Counted from the stretch's first letter, positions 29,558 through 43,936 are shown. The stretch: 64,000 nt of DNA from Schmidtea polychroa (GCA_044892525.1 CM097885.1:45448001-45512000); one strand, 5' to 3'. Translations and numbers: made by a program. The notes: generated by a model from the letters alone, not told the origin.

Positions 29558-29928
29558 CCCGCGCGTGTTACTTTGAAATAATACTTTGAATGAAAATATT
29601 AAAAATGCAAAAAATAATAATATTTATGCAAAGCATGTGCAATAATTATGTCTTTGTTAATTAAGTAAACTTTAGTGTCAAAATAAGTTTTTAAAATATT
29701 TTTAAATTTAAAATAACGCAACTTAATATATTTTTGTTCTACCCCTTCATTGATTTAAGTTGGTCAGAATTTAATAATAATTATATTATACCCTTTGAGA
29801 CATGTTGAATGTGAGTAGTACACCTTTGACCATTACCCACATGAGCAATACCCATAAAGGGATAGAATATTTTGTCGGATAGATTAAGAGTATATATGAT
29901 AATAATATTCCCCGTGCGCGTAATAATA

Positions 29929-30019
<91 letters not shown>

Positions 30020-30170
30020 TGAACTTGTATTTGAAATAATAATAATAATAATTTACGACATATTGAGTGTGAGCAGTACCCTTGTGACTTGTTGAATGTG
30101 AGTAGTACATTTGTGAGCAGTACCCATAGGGGGACAGAATATCTTGTCGGATAGACTCGGTGTATATATG

Positions 30171-30224
<54 letters not shown>

Positions 30225-30375
30225 TGAACTTGTATTTGAAATAATAATAATAATAATTTACGACATATTGAGTGTGAGCAGTACCCTTGTGACTTGTTGA
30301 ATGTGAGTAGTACATTTGTGAGCAGTACCCATAGGGGGACAGAATATCTTGTCGGATAGACTCGGTGTATATATG

Positions 30376-30435
<60 letters not shown>

Positions 30436-30574
30436 CTTAGAAAATAATAATATGTAATCAACGATTTAAACAAAATTATATTATTACGTATTCGATAATT
30501 AAAACAAAAGAATTATATAATCAATGATTTAAACAAAATTATATAATCATCGATAATTAAAACAAAATTATTAA

Positions 30575-31270
30575 TTCTAAAAATATTAGGCTTCGTTCTA
30601 AAAGTATGACGTAATCATTCTAAAAATATTAGGCATCGTTCTAAAAATGTGATGAGTCATTGTCTTTGTTCTAAAAATATTAGACATCGATTACGTAATA
30701 GTTCTAAAAATATTAGGCATCATTCTAAAATTAAGAGGCATCATTCTAAAAATATGACGTAATAGTTCTAAAAATATTAGGCATCGTTCTAAAAGTATGA
30801 CGTAATAGTTCTAAAATATTATGCATCGTTCTAAAATTATTACGTAATCATTCTAAAAATATTAGACATCGTTCTAAAAATAAGAGGCACCATTCTAAAA
30901 ATATTAGACATCGTTCTAAAAATATTAGGCATCGTTCTAAAAATATTAGGCATCGTTCTAAAATTATTACGTAATCGTTCTAAAAATATTAGGCATCGTT
31001 CTAAAAATATTAGGCATCGTTCTAAAAATATTAGGCATCGTTCTAAAAATAAGAGGCACCATTCTAAAAATATTAGACATCGTTCTAAAAATATTAGACA
31101 TCGATTACGTAATAGTTCTAAAAATATTAGACATCGATTACGTAATAGTTCTAAAAATATTAGGCATCGTTCTAAAAATATTAGGCATCGTTCTAAAAAT
31201 ATTAGGCATCGTTCTAAAAATATGATGAGACATTGTCTTTGTTCTAAAAATGTGATGAGTCATCATATTA
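30575..31270. repeat. 21-bp minisatellite, inverted copy in the right arm
   Basis: (attaggcatcgttctaaaaat)n, reverse complement of 18170-18915 with a slightly different unit count. Confidence 0.95.
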
Positions 31271-31755
31271 TAGAAATCTATATCTCATTAGAAAGGTCTT
31301 GCACAGAGCTTTAAAATAAGCTATCGATCAATATAATATGTTGGCGGGAACATTAATCTTTGGGATGACAAAAAGTGGGCCCTCTGGATCGCTTAATAAT
31401 ATTTTGACAAATAATAATTTAACTTTGAAAAGATGGTGGTCATTAAATGTTAATAACATTAAAACTATTAAAGATATATAAGATACCTATAGCTCATTCG
31501 AAAGGTCTTGGACTGAGCTTTAAGATGAGGTATCGTCCAATAAAATCTGTTGGCGGGAACATTAACTTTTGGGATGAAAAAAAGTAGGAGCCCGCCAGAC
31601 CACTTAATTAAAACAAAAAATTAAATTAAAAAAAAAATGACCTTGACCTTGACCTTTTATTTTTTTTAAAAAAAAAATTTTTTTTCCCTGGGGGGTTGGA
31701 GGGGGTATATGTGATGCGGGGAGCTCCTGTTCTGGGGAGCTCACATCATACTACT

Positions 31756-32540
31756 CACTATATATTTCGATAGCATCATTTCATCATCAGGTTACCTAGA
31801 TTCACGAATGATGTAGCGAATATGAGTATTGACACTAACAAACAAGATGAGCCAAAATATACGACGGTATTGCCGTATTCTGAAGGATATAATGATTTCA
31901 AAAGAAAGATTGGTAAACAGCTGGGTACATTGAATTAAAGAATTGTTTCAAAATCGTGCAAAGTACGTAGTATGTTTGTTAGTAAATCTCAAACGCCGGT
32001 TGGATTGTGTTCGGATCAAGTTTATCAATCCACATACATTGGAGAGACTTCCCGTCACCTCTGTACTCGAGTTCAAGAATACTGTCAACCGAATCACAAA
32101 GAATCACAATAAAGTCTGTATGAGAGAATTGAGAATGTCTGATTTTAAAATTTTATCAAAAAATTTTGATAATTGTTTTGAGCATGTGAAGCATTATTGG
32201 ATAAGAACTTTTAATCATAAAATTAATGTGCAGAATGCAGTGAATACGTGTGTGTTGAATGTTTTTAATTGAATTTTTATATGTTGATGTATATTGAATA
32301 ATAGTTATGTTAACTAATTAAAAAAATAATTAAAATAATATTTTTAAAATAATTTTAAAAGTTTAAATTTTTTAAAAATTTTATTTATAATTTAAAATTT
32401 ATAGATTTTATAATTTAATTATATATTATCAATATAGTTTAGTTATTCATCCGTCGTAAATATAGGTAACCTGATGATGATAGTGATGCTATCGAAATAT
32501 ATAGTGAAAATGATGTACGAATGGCGATTTTTATTAATAA
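31756..32540 (+). mobile_element. Penelope-like retroelement 3' remnant (GIY-YIG endonuclease, inverted pseudo-LTR segments)
   Basis: A frame from ~31984 reads KSQTPVGLCSDQVYQSTYIGETSRHLCTRVQEY (PLE-type YIGETxRxLxxRxxEH), followed later by DFKILS...KINVQ. 32452-32535 is the reverse complement of 17660-17689 joined to 31762-31806. Confidence 0.8.
32465..32510 (+). ncRNA. Candidate minimal hammerhead ribozyme in the Penelope pseudo-LTR
   Basis: CTGATGA, then a gatag/ctatc stem II, then GAAA, then a palindromic atatat stem III and A. Stem I pairing is weak. Minimal hammerheads are a known feature of Penelope pLTRs. Confidence 0.5.
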
Positions 32541-32654
32541 AATCTTTACCGTGCTTATTTAAGTATTTAAATAGGTAAAGTTAATTTTTATTTTACAGTA
32601 TTTTTCAAATAGTAATATTTTACTAAATAAAATCATTTGTTATTAAAAGTATTG

Positions 32655-32708
<54 letters not shown>

Positions 32709-33799
32709 TCAGAATTTGAAGTAAATAAGAATTAAACGTATAAATTTCTTTTTAGCTTTCATTAATATAATTTCAAAATAACAGTATTTGCCAGTATTTT
32801 AAAAGACGAAAAGTAATGTAGGAAGTATATAATGCCTATATATCCGCTAAAACATTAGAAAGTGTTCAACTTTCATCCTAATAATAATTCTAGCTACATC
32901 TGTTAAAATTTGTGATAAAATTTCCAGAAATGCTTTTTAATAATTATTTTAAAGTATATATTATATATGCGTGTGTGTGTGTCAATATAGCTAAGATTAA
33001 ATATAATAAGTTCTTTAGTAAATTATTACAGAAAACTAATAGATAATTCAGTCTACTGTAAAGCAAATGTGTTTTACATTATAAACGGTTGACAAAATTT
33101 TTTTAATTTTATTCAAGTTGCTTCTTTTTGATCAGATTTATTTGGAAAATTAATTAATATCCATTCAAAACATATTTAAGTATCCATAAAATTAATCATA
33201 ATCCCTGAAACTTGCTTATGCTTTCTTTCCAATTAACAGTAAATTCAATTTCATTTCTTCAACACAAACATTTAATTTATTCTGAATTTTATCCAATCAG
33301 ATTCGTGTTTTATTAATCATATTATGCTTGTTTCAAATTTTGCTATATTAATCCAGCTGTATTTGTTTTAACAGGCTGTATTTTTTAAGACGAGACACGT
33401 GATTGGAAAATTTTTATTTCCAGCTTAATGTGAATTAAAGATTGGGAATATGAAACGGCTTAATAAAACAAAAGTAAAATGATTCAATTTACAATGGATT
33501 TAAAAATATATTAAAAGATTTTAATAGAGTAATTTAAATTGATAAAATCAATTACGGATTTAATTATACTTTTAAGTTTTAATATTTTTGGAAATACAAT
33601 TTTTTTTATTATTAAGGAAAAATATATAATTTATAAAATTTTTTATATTCAGATTTAAGAATAATTTTACTGTCATCATTAGGGCAATCCCAAAGTTGCA
33701 AACATTTTGATTAAAGGTTGCAATTATAAAAGTTTAAGACTAATTTTAATTTATCTTATATTTAGAGTACAAATTATTCAACCATGTAATCATGAATCT

Positions 33800-34970
33800 C
33801 ATTATTTTCTAGGCTTTCTTTTTATATGGCGACGCATTAAAATAAATCGTAAAACCTATCAACGCTAAAATTTCAGTTATTTGCTAATAGTTTCTTTGAA
33901 CATGGAAAAACTTCTTTCAACTGTAATTGAAGCAGGTGGGAATCCATTAGAAAGGAATAATACGATGCAATACTAAATCATTCTGTAGAAAAATGATGAC
34001 TTTAGGGTCATTTTTTCCAAACAAGTTTGAATATATGGAATCAGCTCCTCCGGATCTTTTCGAATTTTATTTTTATTAATTTCATCATATCTTGATTTTA
34101 TTGTCAATTCTGAATTTTCGAACAAATCTAAAAATGAATATAAGCTTTTTATTGTAACAAGGTCTTGTTTTATTGAAACATTATTTAAGGCCGCGTATGC
34201 TTTTTCATATAAAATACCTCCTGGCTTTATATTATTAAATATTTTCATTATTTCTGAAAGATTATCGGATTAGTAAATTGCTGCTTTTAACCAACTCGAC
34301 CACCAGAAGGAGGTTTATGAAGATTGTATATACTTATTTTTATCCAATCAAAGCATTCACATGATTAAAATAAGTTCTAATTTTCATGGCGCAATCGTGA
34401 ATCAAATGTGCCAAACACTGTGCATGAAAAATGTGTTTATTAGCTTTCTTAGTGCTATCGGGAGCTTTATTTTAATATGAAACTGTATCAGAAATAATAA
34501 TGTTCAAAGATTTAAGGTCCACCTTAATTCTTTCTAAAGCTTCTTTAATTTGTTTTGTAACAATTACTGAATTTTTTTGAGATTCTCAATCGTACCTGTC
34601 AGAACATTAAAATATGTCTTTTTCTTAATTTCTGATTCTAAAGATTTTTTTGTCTTTCAAATAATTTATTATTTCAAAGCTTTGTTTATCAAAGATTTTT
34701 TCTACATATATTTCAGCTGATAAGAATGCATCGATGACTTTCTCTGTAAACTTTTTATTTGTGTCTTTAAAAAATGACTGATTTTGATTATTGTCATTTT
34801 TATTTGACAGCAGAGTTTCCTTGTGCTTTTGACTTTCTCTGTGTTTGTCAATCGGTGATTTTATTACATAGATTGCAATATAGACTACTATTCACTCTTA
34901 TAATAAACTCTTATATTGTCTCAAGTATTTTGCTTGGTTTTGGGTTTTTGATTTTGAATTGGATGCCATG
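33800..34970 (-). pseudogene. hAT-superfamily (DUF659-like) transposase pseudogene
   Basis: Minus-strand fragments HIFHAQCLAHLIHDCAMKI (CxxH motif) and PPASITVERSFSM (hAT C-terminal motif). ORF 33973..34248 lies between them. Many stops and frameshifts. Confidence 0.75.
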
Positions 34971-36029
34971 TGATTAAAATTAAAACAAATGAAATGAAAT
35001 AAATTCAAACCAGAAAACGATCCCAAACTTAAAATGTTGCAAAATAGTTGCATTTTTGCATAAAAATTGAAGAAGTTGCCAAAAGTTTCGAAAAGTTGTG
35101 TTGAGTTGCTTTAGTCATCATCAAGTAGAACGAAAAAAAACTATAGATATCAAAATTTTTTCTAATAAATTATAAAATTATTATTATTTAAAATGTTAAT
35201 TTTATTTAAATTTAAATAATTGTATTAAAATAATTATTAAATAATAGTAATTATTATTAACAACATAATTAATAATATGCTTAATAAGATATACTATGTT
35301 ATGCATGCTCGAAAAAAGCTCGGTATATTTAATTTTAAATTATTTATATTTAAATATTAATTTTATGTAACTTGAATGCTCTCGATTTAATTGCAGTGAA
35401 ATTAATTTCATGTTGGTGGAACTATATATATTTGTAATTATTTAGTGTATTAAATAATATTAATTTAGATGATTTAAATATGGATGTTGAAAGCTTTGTT
35501 GAAGGAGCAACTTATGTAAGAAGTTATGACGAGTTTTAAATGTTTAATGAAAGTTTTTATTAATAATTTTAGTAAATTTACAACTTTTTAATTAATTTTA
35601 GTTAATATTTTAATTAATTTGTGAATTAATTAAATTTAAAATTTGTACTTAAAATTTGGGCAAACAATATATATGTTACTGTTTTAGCGTATAATCCTGT
35701 TATTTTATGAAATAACTAGATATTTCATGAATTAGCGATCTAAAATCGTTATAGAATATTTTTGCCATTTCATATTTTAACTAGTTATTGCATTTATTAC
35801 CTATTTCAATTTCTTGAAATAAAGTTATCAGATAAAATAAAGTATGAAATAGATAGATACGGGACGGAGATTTTAGTAGTTAGTACCAATAAATTAAAAA
35901 CACTTAAATTGTCGAAAAACCTTTTTTTATAGTGAACATAAATTAACACGTATGGAAGAAAACAAACAATCGTTTCTATTTATTTGCTTCACAGTAATCT
36001 AGGAAACTTTTTATGTTATCATTCTCTAA

Positions 36030-36500
36030 TTAGCTATTTCTGCTGACCCTCTTCGTAATTCCCCTTCTTTTGTTTACCCTCGTTTATCCACCTGTTTGGA
36101 TAATTGCCCTCTGAATTCCTCGTTTGTTTATCCTTCCAAATTGCCATGCTCAGGTTTTCTTCATCGCTCGGGTTCTTCATTGGCTCGGGTTTTCCATTAG
36201 CTCGGATTTCCCATTAGCCAATTAATTAATTAATTAATATTTTGCGTTTTCTCATATTTGCCTATTTTACGAACCTTTCTAAACATTTTCTAACAATCTA
36301 CCCTTTTTCGTTTTCCAGCTTCAATTTCGATAACTTTTCACTTCCTCAGGTTTGCGCATTTTCCCATTTCGTGTCTGATTGTACCATTTTATAGTTCTGT
36401 TTTTATCATATCTTTCTTTGTCATTGCTTCTCTGCTTGACCGCCATTCAATTTCAATTTTCCTTTTAATCTGAACAATATAATTTAATAATTTACTTTTA
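36030..36500 (-). repeat. Partial inverted copy of the 42155-43211 solo-LTR-like repeat
   Basis: 36057 aattccccttcttttgtttaccctcgtttatcc is the near reverse complement of ~42622-42654. The match extends to tctctgcttgaccgccattc versus gaatggcggtcaagcagaga. Confidence 0.85.
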
Positions 36501-36983
36501 AAACTTCAACATTTTAATACTTTTTATTTAGTTCATTAACCATGTGATGCCAAATTGCACATCGAATAAATCATTTTTTGTATCCGTTTCTTTCATCGGT
36601 ACAATTTGTTTTTCGATACATATAATAACAAGTATATCGTAATGTTGTTGCAACCAATAATATCGGGGGACTTTTTTCTGACTTTCCTTGGCACGTTTCA
36701 CATATTCATTTAACCTCAGATATTTATCATTTGTTATTAACGCACTATTTTTTTAGTTTTTTTAGTATTCATTTGTAAACTTATGTTTCATTTTGGTTTT
36801 CATTTCAAACCCTGGTTCGCAAATCGTTAAACACTATAAATGGAGTCCAACCGATATTACATGGAATAACTAGTCAAGGTATGTAATAATTAACTATTCT
36901 ATAATTTAAAGATTTTAGATTGTTGATTCATGAAATACCTAGTTATTTCATAAAATAACGGGAATAAACGCTTTAACTATAAC

Positions 36984-37132
<149 letters not shown>

Positions 37133-37567
37133 TTAAATTTAAACAATATAATTGGCATTCCAAAATCAATTTTATCAAATATAAATATTTTAAAAATATT
37201 TTAGTAAATTTTATCAAAATAACATTTTGAGTTTATTGAAAATCAGAAAATTGAAATCAGCAAAACTTTTGTTAGAATTCATGCTGGTTTAATCAGCATG
37301 ATTTTGATTATTTCTTCAGGTTTTCGTTGTTTTTCTTCTATTACTGAATTATCCATTTATTTTTTAGGTTCAAATTTTAAGTTTAAATTGTGGCAAATAT
37401 TATTTTTTTAAGCTGACATTTCTGAAATAAATAACGAATAATAAATCCAAAATTTTTACAAAATTTTGTTAGCAAAATAAACGTTTGTTTTCGTCGCATA
37501 AAAGCTGGGAAATTTATAACAAAATTAAATAATAAACTTAATATGTAAATTATTTTTATAAAGTTAT

Positions 37568-37732
<165 letters not shown>

Positions 37733-39261
37733 ACGTGTGAAATTCAATGAAAATGTTATTTTAATAAAATCTAAACATAAAGATTGAAGAACGTCTTTTT
37801 TGAACAAAAAAGAATTCGCAAATATTTATTTCAGAAATATCAAAATTATACAAATAATGACCACCATTTCATATTAATAGTCAGAATGTTGACAAGCTGG
37901 TTTTGAAATAAAATGAAAATAAATTGCTATTTTGTTTGAATACCAAATACAGGGGTACCTCAGGAAACTTCATGTTTAGACACAAAAGATTTTGCTTGGT
38001 ATACGATCTTTGTTTGGAATCCGAATCGCGTGCTAGATTTCGTATTTTTCAAAATGAGTCACGGTATTTCGTGCTAGACCCTATTAGCTCTCTCGAGTCA
38101 AAATCTCGATTGCCCATGAGTGTCAGTGCATTAGTTGTTACCATTCAGTGAAAAATCCACTCCGTAATTCTGACTTTTCACTTAAATTTTGTGTTTTCAC
38201 CTAAATATATTTTAGAAGGGAGTTTTATCTAGAACAATAAATTCTGGCTGAAGAAATTTACGGCTAGAAACAGGGGCTGAAAAAGAATTTGACGACTTTA
38301 AGACTGCATATAGTGAATAATATCGTCTCTCTTAACTGATCCATAGGTCTAAACGTAAATTATGGTGATGTAGTGAAGTGAGTATACAAGTACATGAAAA
38401 AATTGACAACTAAGGAATTGCAGGAATTTAAGAAATCGGAGCACAAAGGGTCGCACTCTATTCAGGCCTGGAGGATTAAATAATAGAGGAAGCCTTTAAT
38501 TCATTAATCAGGAAAATCTTTACTAAATGAATGTATGTCAAAAGCTTTGCAGAGACAACCTCAATAAATCCAAAGTTATCCGAAATTGCGTTGCTTAAAA
38601 TAATCAGACTATATCACATTACAGAAATATTTTGAGAAGGTAGAAGCAAAGGTCTTTGAATATGTTTTTGGTAAAAGCCTCAACCAAATCCAAGTATGGA
38701 AAATAGACAAAGAAAGAAAGACAAAAAACACCAGAACTTCCTCAAGTTTAATTGAAAGGGTACTCCCTTCTAAACAATAATATCCTCTCCTTCGATTCTA
38801 GTAGTGGGGTTAATTTTCATTTTTTGAAGTGCAATGAGTGCAAATTTTAAAAGTCAATAATTTTAACTTATTTTCTATACAATTTTAATGAGCACCTCCA
38901 TACGAGTCTAACGATGTACATATTATCATATGAAATGTTTGAGCACCTTCTTGCCTAGTTTTAGCACTAATTTATTTTCACGATAATACTACAATTTTTT
39001 AGCCAAGGGAATTAACAAAGTGAGAAATAGTTACGAAGGTCAAAAGAAAGAAAGAAGGTCAACTGTCAAATCCAATTCCTCAAAGAAAGAATAAGAAAAT
39101 GGAAGATATCAACAAAAAACTTAAAACATGTGATAAGAATGTTGATTAAGAATATTGAATTTAAATAATTATTTTCATAAATTAAGCAGTGATATTTTAA
39201 ATATTTTTTGACGAAACGTTGATATTGTAATAAGAGCCGAACTATGAGTACAAATGATCAT

Positions 39262-39501
39262 CGGTAAAAGGACCTGACTGAAAGTCGGACACAGGCCTTC
39301 TATCGGAAGTCCGTGAACCCTCATGAGTACTTCCCGGCTATAGCATACAAAGGTATGCTCACTTTTCGCTGGTACTGATCCATTCGATACAGTTCCAACC
39401 TTGATTACAATAAGAGTATCCAGCGGTACAACATGCTTGTGTTCTGGGTTACGCTGGAAACAGCACGAGAAGATAAAATGTTGATTACCTGTAACCCACC
39501 A
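39262..39501 (+). mobile_element. 3'-terminal fragment (copy 4) of the TG...CA element family
   Basis: Homologous to 60135-60373, 51955-52187 and the reverse complement of 45873-46105; ends ctgtaacccacca. Confidence 0.88.
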
Positions 39502-41509
39502 CCATTAATTTAAAATACTACAAAGATTTGATAACAGCCATATTTATCGTATCATTTACCAATTAAGGTCATGATTAAAATGAGAATCAACAATATAATC
39601 CACTCAAACTTAGTAGCCATAATGAATTTAAAGTAATTTGAGATGTTTAATTTACTCCTTTTCATAATTAGACTCTTATTAACTTATATGCAGTCGTGCA
39701 AGGAAAAACAACCGATTATGGGAGTCAAAAAACGAATAACGCATTAAAGAAAGCTTTTTACCATGGTCATTGCTTGATTTTTGACGTCAACGTTTCAGAT
39801 TTGAATAAAATCATTCGATAGAAAATTTAAAACCAAATAGGACTCGAAACTATTTAAAGTAAAACTTCATCTGTAGTCTTAAAAATACAAATTTTAAATT
39901 TTAAAAATCAAAGAAAATTATTTTAAATAATTTTATAAAATTTATTTAATAATTAAAACAATTCAGTTATCATTAACTAAATAATAATTACTAACGATTG
40001 ATATATTAAATTCTTTTTATTTCTCCAATAAATCTACTAAAAATCTTCTTAGTTATTGAAAATGAAATTTTCACATCATTCAGACCAATCTAAATAATTA
40101 TTAATATTCATTAATCATTTGTTCTTTGGGCAAAATAAGAAAGCACTCTCAAAAAGTAATAAATTATTATTTCCTTCATTAATATTCCAGATATTTGATA
40201 ACAAGAGAAAGATTAAATTAAAGAAAATCACATCCAGATCTCTGGAGAATTGGAATTGGTCTTTGAATTGCGTGTCGGCCGTAATTCTAAATTCATTGGA
40301 CCGTTTACTAATGAAAAAAAAACTTAATCTTGAATCTAGTGCCTATTTACATTAGTTGTAATCACAATTTCGCTTTACTGGATATCAGGACTTCATCAAA
40401 GCAGAAGAAAGAGCAATTAAATAACTTATCAAAAAAAATAACGTTATACACGGAAATGTCGACAACAAAAAAAAACTCTTCAATTGTTGTGCTCTTAATG
40501 AAACAAAATTTCAATAACTGAACTGGTTTTCTTTTCTGATTAAAATTAAATGATTATTAGAAATTCCATTTCTTTGATATTTATTCTTGGGAAAATTATT
40601 CTGTTAATTTGAATTGATTAAATTTATTTTCAGCGAAATAATTTCTGAGAATTATTAAAATAGCTCTGAAATTTATTGAGATTTTTGTTTATTTTATTTA
40701 TTTTTATAAAATAGCATATTAAACGAGTTGATCGCTGTGCCATTTTTATAGTGTAATCTTTTTGGTAGTGGTAAAGAATTGGGGAGGGGTAATTTAAAAT
40801 TAATTAATTAATATTTCAAAAAATAATAATAATAATGTTGAGTGTACCCTTGTGACCAATACCCATAAGGGGACAAAATATTTAATTAATTTAAAATTTA
40901 ATAATTATTATTTAGTTATTAATATTATTTATTAGTAATATTCATAATATTGTTTTCTGCAAAATTAAAATAGGTCATCGTTTTCAAAAGTCAATTAATA
41001 AAATAATGAATTTTAAACATCTATAAAAAATTGTTAATATTTGAATAAATAATGAAATAAATTCCTTCAATTTTGTACTTTTTTTTACATATTCATTATT
41101 CTCTATCTGTTAACCATTTATAATTTCATTGATGTCATTATTATTATAATCCATCTAACTAAAATTATAAATAAATTATGTATGAAATTAAATGAAAAAT
41201 CACTATTAATTGAAAAATTAATATTGTTAAATGAAATACAGGTAGTCCGTAACTTACCAGGGTTCGCACTTATAAACGAAAAACATTGTAAATCACAATC
41301 TGCTGTGACATACGGCTATGAAGCTACGCACAAGTTCAAGAAATACTCATTTCCTTTAGGAATTAATAATATTTAAAAATAAATATTGGTTATATAAAGA
41401 TTGTTTGTATTTTCAATTATGCGTTCGTTTTTGTTTACGACTTTTCATTTTATCAATTTTGTGTATTAATGCTCGAATTTTTATTTATAAAAAAATACAT
41501 AATTTGTGC

Positions 41510-41995
41510 TCATAATGACGAATAAAGGGAATTTTGCCATAAAAAGAGAAAGGTGCCTGAATTAGAAATGAAATTTGAACTGATAAAACAATATGACAGT
41601 GGTAAAAAAAGTAATGAACTTATGACATAATCTGAAACTGTCACTTTCAACGATTTTCACTATTTTAAAAAATAGAAAGAATTCGCGAATTCGTTAAAGG
41701 AGATCTCGTCAATTAAATCAACGGTAATAACAAAAAATGAATCAAACCTATCCAAAAAATGGAAAATTATTAGTGATTTGAATGGATGGCAAGATTGAGA
41801 AACGAATTTTGATGCGCCTCATAAACATAAAAACAAAAACGTTGAGCTTATTTAAAGATTTAAAAACAAAGGAATCCGACAATTTCTACACAACTTTTAA
41901 TGCAAACAATGGATAGTTCGTAAGATTTTAAAACTGGTTAATTATTATAATGTGAAAATTAGTGGAAAGCAGCCGATGCGATTACAAAGCCACGT
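41510..41995 (+). pseudogene. Tigger/pogo transposase N-terminal (CENP-B-type HTH) remnant
   Basis: Broken frames KRKVPELEMKFELIKQYDSGKK...LKLSLSTIFTILKNRK; near-identical copy at ~52497-52990. Confidence 0.7.
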
Positions 41996-42154
41996 TAATT
42001 CAATAATTTTCATATTAATATTTATAAGACTAGATCAAAACAAAAAAAAACTTATGTAATAATTACGAATGACGAGGAGGCGAGGATGTTTAATTATTTT
42101 AATTGAAATATGGATTCTTTTGAATTATCGTAATATAGATAAAAATTTATATAT

Positions 42155-43211
42155 TGTTGAGGTTGTAAAAATAAATTATTAAATTATGTTAAATTGAATA
42201 GTTTCGAGTAAAAAGAAAACCGAAATTGAGCGAAAAAGAATGGCGGTCAAGCAGAGAAGTAATGGCAAAGAAAGATATGACGAAAACAGAACTATGAAAG
42301 GGTACAATCAGACACGAAATGGAAAAATCCTCAAATCTGAGAAATTGGAATAAAGTGAAATGTTATCGAAATTAAAGCTGGAAAACGAGAGAGGTGTCGA
42401 TTTGGGAATGGTGAAGAACACAGTGGACAAGAAATAGTTAGAAAATGTTTAGAAAGGGTCGTAAAACCGGCAAATATGAAAAAAGAAAATATTAATTAAT
42501 TAATTAATTGGCTAATGGAAAACCCGAGCTAGTGGGAAGTGCGATCCAATGGAGAACCCGAGCGTAGCAATTTTGGAGAATAAACAAACTGGGAATTTAG
42601 AGGTCAATTATCTAAACAGTCGGATAAACGATGGTAAACAAAAGAAGGGGAATTAAAAAAAGGTCAACAGAAATAACTAGAACAATAACTAAAAACCAAT
42701 CGTCAAACTGTCAAAACCAATTAGGTCAAAAACGGAGCAATTACAATGATTATGGGAGTATATAAAGAAACTCCAAATTCAGATAATCGGCGGTAGCCTC
42801 AGGTACAGAAGAAGAAACTGACAATAGGAGTTTGAGGAAGAAAGCTAAGAACTAAAGGGAATTATAAAAGGAACTGAAGAGTTAGAAAAGGATTATTAAA
42901 GGAATTCGAATCAGAGAGCGGAATCAAATAAAAAGGTGAAACTTATTTTTAAATCGCACAAGGTCGAGACTCTCCAGAACGAGGTTTGATCTGAAATTGT
43001 GAGAAAAATCGTGGTTAACTAAAAGTTGTAATTATTTATTGAGAATTGTAACTTTGTTATAAAACAAATATACTTTAGGAGTTTGTGTTTGTCAATTTTG
43101 GGACACGTGGAGTCAGAGTAACCAACGGTCGACTTTTAAGTATCATAAAACCTAACAATATAAATACAAGTTGATTATATATTATTGTATGATTCGACTT
43201 ACAACCTAACA
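42155..43211 (+). mobile_element. Solo-LTR-like element (~1.06 kb)
   Basis: TGTTGAGGTTGTAA ... TTACAACCTAACA termini, with flanks atat and ctat (4-bp TSD, one mismatch). Mostly deleted in duplication unit B. Confidence 0.6.
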
Positions 43212-43523
43212 CTATTAAATGCAAAATTTATACTAATAAATGAGAAACCCTACACTTTATTGTGTGTAAAATTCTTAAAGAAAGATTTATTAAATTAAAC
43301 CGTTTTCTTCTTTTTATGGATGTATATCTTATTTTGATTTTTGTAATTAATTTCAAAAATTGTTTTTTTCAAATTTTTATATGAAGTTATTTTTCTTTTC
43401 TTTTTTCTTTTTATGTGTGCAAGTCTATGTATTTTCGATGCATTAAAGGAACTCGAAATTTTCTGGGTTTGAGCTTTATTTACTGGTAAAGAGAATCTTA
43501 GGTTCTTTTATCATACCAGTAAA

Positions 43524-43936
43524 TAGGGTTGCCAACTCCCACAACCTCGAACCCGGGAGATTATAAAATTGCGAACAGTATAACGCTTAAGAAATAATAT
43601 AACAGGTGTTTTTTCACTTTTTTGGTTTACACATGTTAGTGATTTTAAGTATATGATGACTAATACCATAAAGATTTAAACAAAACAATTATTTTTACAT
43701 AATACACAGTACAGTTTACAAATCATGCTATTTTTGTTTGTTTTTAAAATTGTATTTTTATTGTCGTCGGGCTGCCTCAAATAGCTTTGGTGATTTTAGA
43801 GAAATCAAATAAAAGTTAAAACTTCAAAAACTACACTTTTTTCTCGGAAAATTGTAATATTGTAAAAACGGAAAGACGGGAGATTTACATCTCCCGGGTC
43901 ATAGTTAACCGGGAAACGGGAGAGTTGGCAAGCCTA
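43524..43936. mobile_element. hAT-type MITE (TAGGGTTGCCAACTC TIR)
   Basis: TIRs tagggttgccaactc / gagttggcaagccta; 8-bp TSD ccagtaaa / ccagtaca. Confidence 0.88.

Larger units (their letters stand above)
17690..31755. mobile_element. Non-autonomous Maverick/Polinton-like element with giant terminal inverted repeats
   Basis: Starts AGTAGTATGATGTGAGCTCCCCAG and ends with its reverse complement ...CATCATACTACT. 6-bp TSD cactat at 17684-17689 and 31756-31761. Arms ~17690-24247 and ~24946-31755. Mirror-image ORFs appear in the track (20177+/28814-, 21855-/27069+). Confidence 0.9.

Noticed and set aside
17690..31755. Giant inverted repeat as an amplification or assembly fold-back artefact
   Set aside because: Both ends stop at Maverick-type termini with a 6-bp TSD, the flanks rejoin into a sequence seen intact at 32452-32535, and the arms differ by indels and substitutions. 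Read-level confirmation is still desirable.
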